A stretch of 64,000 nt of DNA from assembly GCA_964234715.1 (NCBI GenBank), contig OZ174275.1; one strand, 5' to 3'. Source of the DNA: Podarcis melisellensis. Lineage: Eukaryota. Each line of letters begins with the position of its first letter. Positions within the stretch are counted from its first letter, which is position 1. Shown in pieces: positions 59,836 through 64,000 of the stretch. A model generated the notes under the pieces. That model searched no databases. It was not told where the DNA came from and saw nothing but the letters and a program-made list of their open reading frames with translations. A program made the position numbers and the translations under genes.

Positions 59836-60934
59836 GGTGCAATATAAACAACAAAAGCGATCATTTCCAGATGGATAGTTGTGTTAGACTTGCAAAAACA
59901 ACAAGGCTGTTGTAAAAATTACTGGGAAGAATTTAAATGTGCTATATAGAAATAAATGCTAATGATGTTAGCACATGCGACTTAAATTGCCTTTGAGCCT
60001 CTCTTGTGCTAGTTCTGCTAATGGCTGGTTATTGCTCATGAGAACAGAAGCTTTTGTGATTCAATTCAATTACAAACCTAACTAAGGCAAAAGCCTCTTT
60101 AAGCTTCATGTGTAAAATGCCCTGTTGGTGTATGCACTAAAATGGCCTCTTGTAAACAACAGGTATGTCCATCAATTGCCCATGCATACTGCTTGCATGC
60201 TCAGAAATGTAAAATATCACATTATATTGATATAGTGTATGTGGGGTACATGCATTTCTGCACAGTTCTGAGCAGGATCTTTGACACAAAGCTAGAAGTA
60301 GCACATCATGGGGTTTTTGAGAGGGATTGAATGTACTGCTTAACAACATCATTTTATAAGGCAAGTGACAATCATTTTTTATAAAATACAGAGAGGGAAA
60401 CAGGAAATGTGGCTGCCTCCTAAAGGACGCATTGAGCAAACAGTGCCAACCATGTCAAAGCCAGTCATGAATCAAATGGTTTGTTGAGCCTTCATCCTGA
60501 TTTGTTTGCAGGGGGATTAGATTACTTTGATTGTTGAATGAGCATTCATTGTATCAAAGCAAGTGTTATCTCACACATTCTACTGTGTTGCCCCATCACT
60601 TTCCTCATCAGAAAAGTCCTCTATTTTTTTTTTAAGGAAGTGGGTTTCTTGCACAAAAGCTCGCAATAAGCTGTATTTGCACAACCTGAATTTGCCAGTA
60701 TATGATTGAATCACACCCCAAAATAGTGACAAATTAGAAGTGCCCATGATAACATTTCCATAGGTCTAACTAACTCATCTTATTCTCCCTCCTTGACTGA
60801 GCTACCTCTGAGGCCTCACTAGGAAGTGAAAAGAGGGACAGGAAGGAAGGAAGGAAGGAATAAAGAGAGAAGATGTAAATTATTTCAGAGCTAAGGAAGC
60901 CTCAAATGAAACATTACACATTAGAACCTATTGC

Positions 60935-61481
60935 ATGGTGGGCATGTAAAAAGCTTAAAGAACATTGGGAAATGATTTATGAGATGAAAAAAATGTTTAA
61001 AACAACCTTCTCAAAAAGACCGGAGGCATTTCTGCTAGGAATTGTTCAGAGGTCTCCAGTTGCCAGAAAAACTAATTTATATACACAACAATGGCAGCTT
61101 GGATTTTGTTAGCCCCAAAAATGGAAAGTGAGAGTGGTCCCAGGTAAGAAGGACTGGCAACTTAAGATGATAGAACATGTGGAACTAGCTGGTCTAAGAA
61201 TGAGAGCAAGAAGAACAGGTATTTAAAGAGGAGTGGAAGAATTTCACTGAGTATATGGAAAACAATTGTGCATAGTTGAAAATGCTGGCAGCATTAAGGT
61301 AAATTCAACAGTATAATAAATATTAGAGTGATGTAAGATAGGATAACTGAATTAGATGGTTATAGCAAAATATGCAGGAATGGTGGATAAACTAAATGAA
61401 CCATGGAAGGGGAAGGAGGGAAGTCATTGAATGTATGGTATAATGAAAGATGATTATTTTGAGATGTAAAATTGAAAAGTT
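60935..61481 (+). mobile_element. L1-clade LINE 3' fragment
   Basis: WWACKKLKEHWEMIY...KRPEAFLLGI motif plus 3' UTR; similar to the 51545 copy. Confidence 0.75.
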
Positions 61482-61509
61482 AACACACACACACACACAC
61501 ACACACACA
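61482..61509. repeat. (AC)n microsatellite
   Basis: Directly visible. Confidence 0.9.
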
Positions 61510-61579
61510 ATTGCACAATAGCCTAAGTGTTTTCCAACCAATATAAAGTGCAGCCTCTCCCTCCAAAACAATGGTGGGC

Positions 61580-61960
61580 TCATAAACTTAACTGGATTTA
61601 CAAAATAGAGAAAGAATTAATATGCCATTTATCACAAGTGGCGAAGCACAACATAGCCAGACACTGGAAGTACCTTTCCAGCGCAACAATAGACAATGGA
61701 TACTGAACAGTTTGCGAAACAGCTCTCCTTGCGAGATTAACATGTGGACAGATCAAGAAAGATGGTTTTTACCCTGGTGTGGTTTAATTTCATAACACAT
61801 GCAAGTATTCCAGAAAATGAACAATTACCACCAACAGCATTTGGCTCAATCTGGCTGATCTAAATTTAAATTTAAACATAAATTATCATCATCACTTTGA
61901 ACCCCTACCTACCACTTTCATCAATATACCAACACTTTGTATTGTTTCATTGGTAACGTA
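61580..61960 (+). mobile_element. Second L1-clade family ORF2 C-terminal relic
   Basis: Translates to ELICHLSQVAKHNIARHWK...ALLARLT, resembling L1/Tx1 C-terminal motifs. Confidence 0.45.
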
Positions 61961-62115
61961 AGAGGAAAAATGAGTATTACTCATACTTAATCTAAGCACA
62001 ACCCCCAGAGCTGCTGATTAAGTGTTTTAGTTATAAAATGATGAATGTTAGCTCCATTCTATCACATTTCCCCTTTGTTTTCATTTTTGTTTCTATTTAA
62101 ACACTCTATGAACCT

Positions 62116-62228
62116 GGCCACGTGACCCGGAAGTGTCTCCGGACAACGCTGGCCCCCGGCCTCTTAAGTGAGATGGGCGCACAACCCTAGAGTCGGACAC
62201 GACTGGCCCGTACGGGCAGGGGTACCTT
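62116..62228 (+). mobile_element. 5'-truncated Sauria SINE
   Basis: ggacaacgctggc...gagatgggcgcacaaccctagagtcggacacgactgg...ggggtaccttta; 9-bp TSD tatgaacct (62107-62115, 62229-62237). Confidence 0.85.
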
Positions 62229-63171
62229 TATGAACCTAGAACTTGTACATTGACCACTAATAATGAACCATATGTTGTAGATATCACTGCAAATTTATTG
62301 TGCTGTTTTTGTGATGTGGCATGAGAAGGCTTGGTCTGTTTATTTGTATAATTTATTATTCCTATGATCCCTGTTTGTGAAACCCAATGAAAGGTTGGTT
62401 GGCTAAAAACAACAACCCTATCCACTGAAACAGCAACATTGTGAATTATTCTAGTAGTAGAGTCAGAGTGCAAATAGTTTTGATAGGAGATCAATACAAT
62501 CTTCCCATATATTGTTTTTAATGTTTGAAGGGGAAGGGCAGTCATTGAAGGGCAGTTTGATGTGTGCATAATTTGAGGTTATGAAATCACATTTAGAATG
62601 TCCAAAGGCAACTGAGCCAGAGGTGAGGGGAAAATGCATGTGTCACAATGGAGGCAATGGGAGAGCACTAGAACTGTTACCGCATGAGGGTAAAAGGCCA
62701 ATTAGAGACATTTTTATGTTACAGTTTAAATTTGCAGAAGATTTATAGAGCTCATAAAAGCTATGGCTTGTGTGCCCTGGCAAAGAGGTGTGCGGAGAGG
62801 AATGCAGATTACTTGGTCAAGCCTACTGTTGGGTTAGTTTTGTTTCCAGAGCAAGACAATCTTCAGCTATTCCACTCAGCGCTACTCCTCTGACAATGCA
62901 CATCAGGGTGAGATTTACAAGGTAGATTTCCCATGCAATCATTGCAGCCCTCTTGTGATAATTTGTATAGGTGAAACTGCTGTTACAAATTATTATCTCA
63001 TCAACTCAAGCAAGCACTTACTAAGTGCTATACTCCAGTGCTTGCTATTCCACAAAAATGAAATGGATTACCTGACAAATCATCCCCCAAGGAACTCTGG
63101 GCATGGTAGTTCTATGAGTTAGCTACCCACCCACCTGGCAACCACCTGACATCATAAAATTTTTGCCAGTA

Positions 63172-63414
63172 CAGTGGTATATTTCAGTTTACGAACTTAA
63201 TCCGTTCCGGAAGTCCATTCTTAAACCAAAGCCGTTCTTAAATCGAGATGTGCTTTCCCTAATGAGGCCTTCCGCCACCGGTGCCCTTCCACCATTCGGC
63301 TTCCGTTCGTAGACTGAGGTAAAGTTCGCTAACCAGAATACTACTTTCGGTTTTGTGGAGTTCTTATACCGAATAATTCGTAAACAGGGCTGTTCTTAAA
63401 CCGAGGTACCACTG
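63172..63414. mobile_element. Tc1/mariner (Tigger-type) MITE
   Basis: TA-cagtggta ... taccactg-TA termini; internal repeated gttcttaaacc motifs. Confidence 0.85.
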
Positions 63415-64000
63415 TACAAACCATAAAACCCCCATTGGCCTGGCCATGTTTTATCTCCCTTCAGGTGTAAAGGAGGTGGGCATGGCTTGGTCCCAACAGC
63501 CTGATGAGCCAAATATGGAGAAAAAATTCTGCAGTTCTACATAAGCCTCTTAATAAACTTATCAGGTTTATTTCCTGTGTGGATCCTGAATGTAGTAGTT
63601 CACTTTCAATGGACAACACAGGTCTGGAGATTTCACCATGTGTGCCATATGGCACACATGACTTTGGGTGACTACAGATCTGGTAAACAGGTCATCTGTA
63701 TTGTCGAGTAGAATTTTATCAGCCTCCCCCTGCTTCCCTGGATTTCTGAAGAGGTGCAGAGTGTGGCAAGAGTTTCCATACTACAGTACTTGGCAGGGCA
63801 ACAGATGACCAGTTTACCAAGTAGTTCTATGTCCAGTGTTGTATGTTGTCAGTTGGCAAATGGTCAATTGTCTTCATCCAGTAGAGTCTCCAAAACTTTG
63901 GCAGGATCCAACAGGTTTTAGGATGTGCTCAAGACCATTCTAGAGCAGTTCCAGAACCACAATTTCACTGCAGAATTCCAGCCTTGCATACTGTTTGAAT

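Noticed and set aside
1-64000. SIGIRR or B4GALNT4 coding exons, miR-210, rRNA, CRISPR or prokaryotic systems
   Set aside because: I looked by eye for syntenic neighbours and such features and recognised none; the window is a vertebrate single-gene locus.

Overview
This is eukaryotic, AT-rich, repeat-laden vertebrate DNA. The repeats (Bov-B/RTE LINE tails, a Sauria SINE, Squam-type tRNA SINEs) point to a squamate reptile, probably a lacertid lizard (inference). The only protein-coding gene I can support is a complete, intact plakophilin-3 (PKP3) on the minus strand. It has 13 coding exons from the ATG at 44275 to TAA at 6234, all introns GT-AG with matching phases, a 2496-nt CDS (831 aa), a CpG-island promoter at about 44.0-45.1 kb and a 21.6-kb first intron. 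The rest is intronic or intergenic: SINEs, LINE relics (Bov-B, L1, L2, CR1), many hAT and Tc1/mariner MITEs (several with clean TSDs), a Gypsy pol relic, a solo ERV-type LTR and microsatellites. I find no demonstrable new multi-gene system. The best leads are: (i) an in-frame hydrophobic alternative last exon in intron 1 that could give a short membrane-anchored PKP3 head; (ii) a PKP3b-type internal acceptor in exon 1 with a candidate upstream exon; (iii) a 139-nt fold-back in intron 1; (iv) DNA transposons resembling mammalian (Charlie4z, Tigger1) and fish/amphibian (Tc1) families, as horizontal-transfer candidates; (v) exon-like units of a convergent antisense transcript. Repeat family names and human comparisons come from recalled sequences, not database searches.
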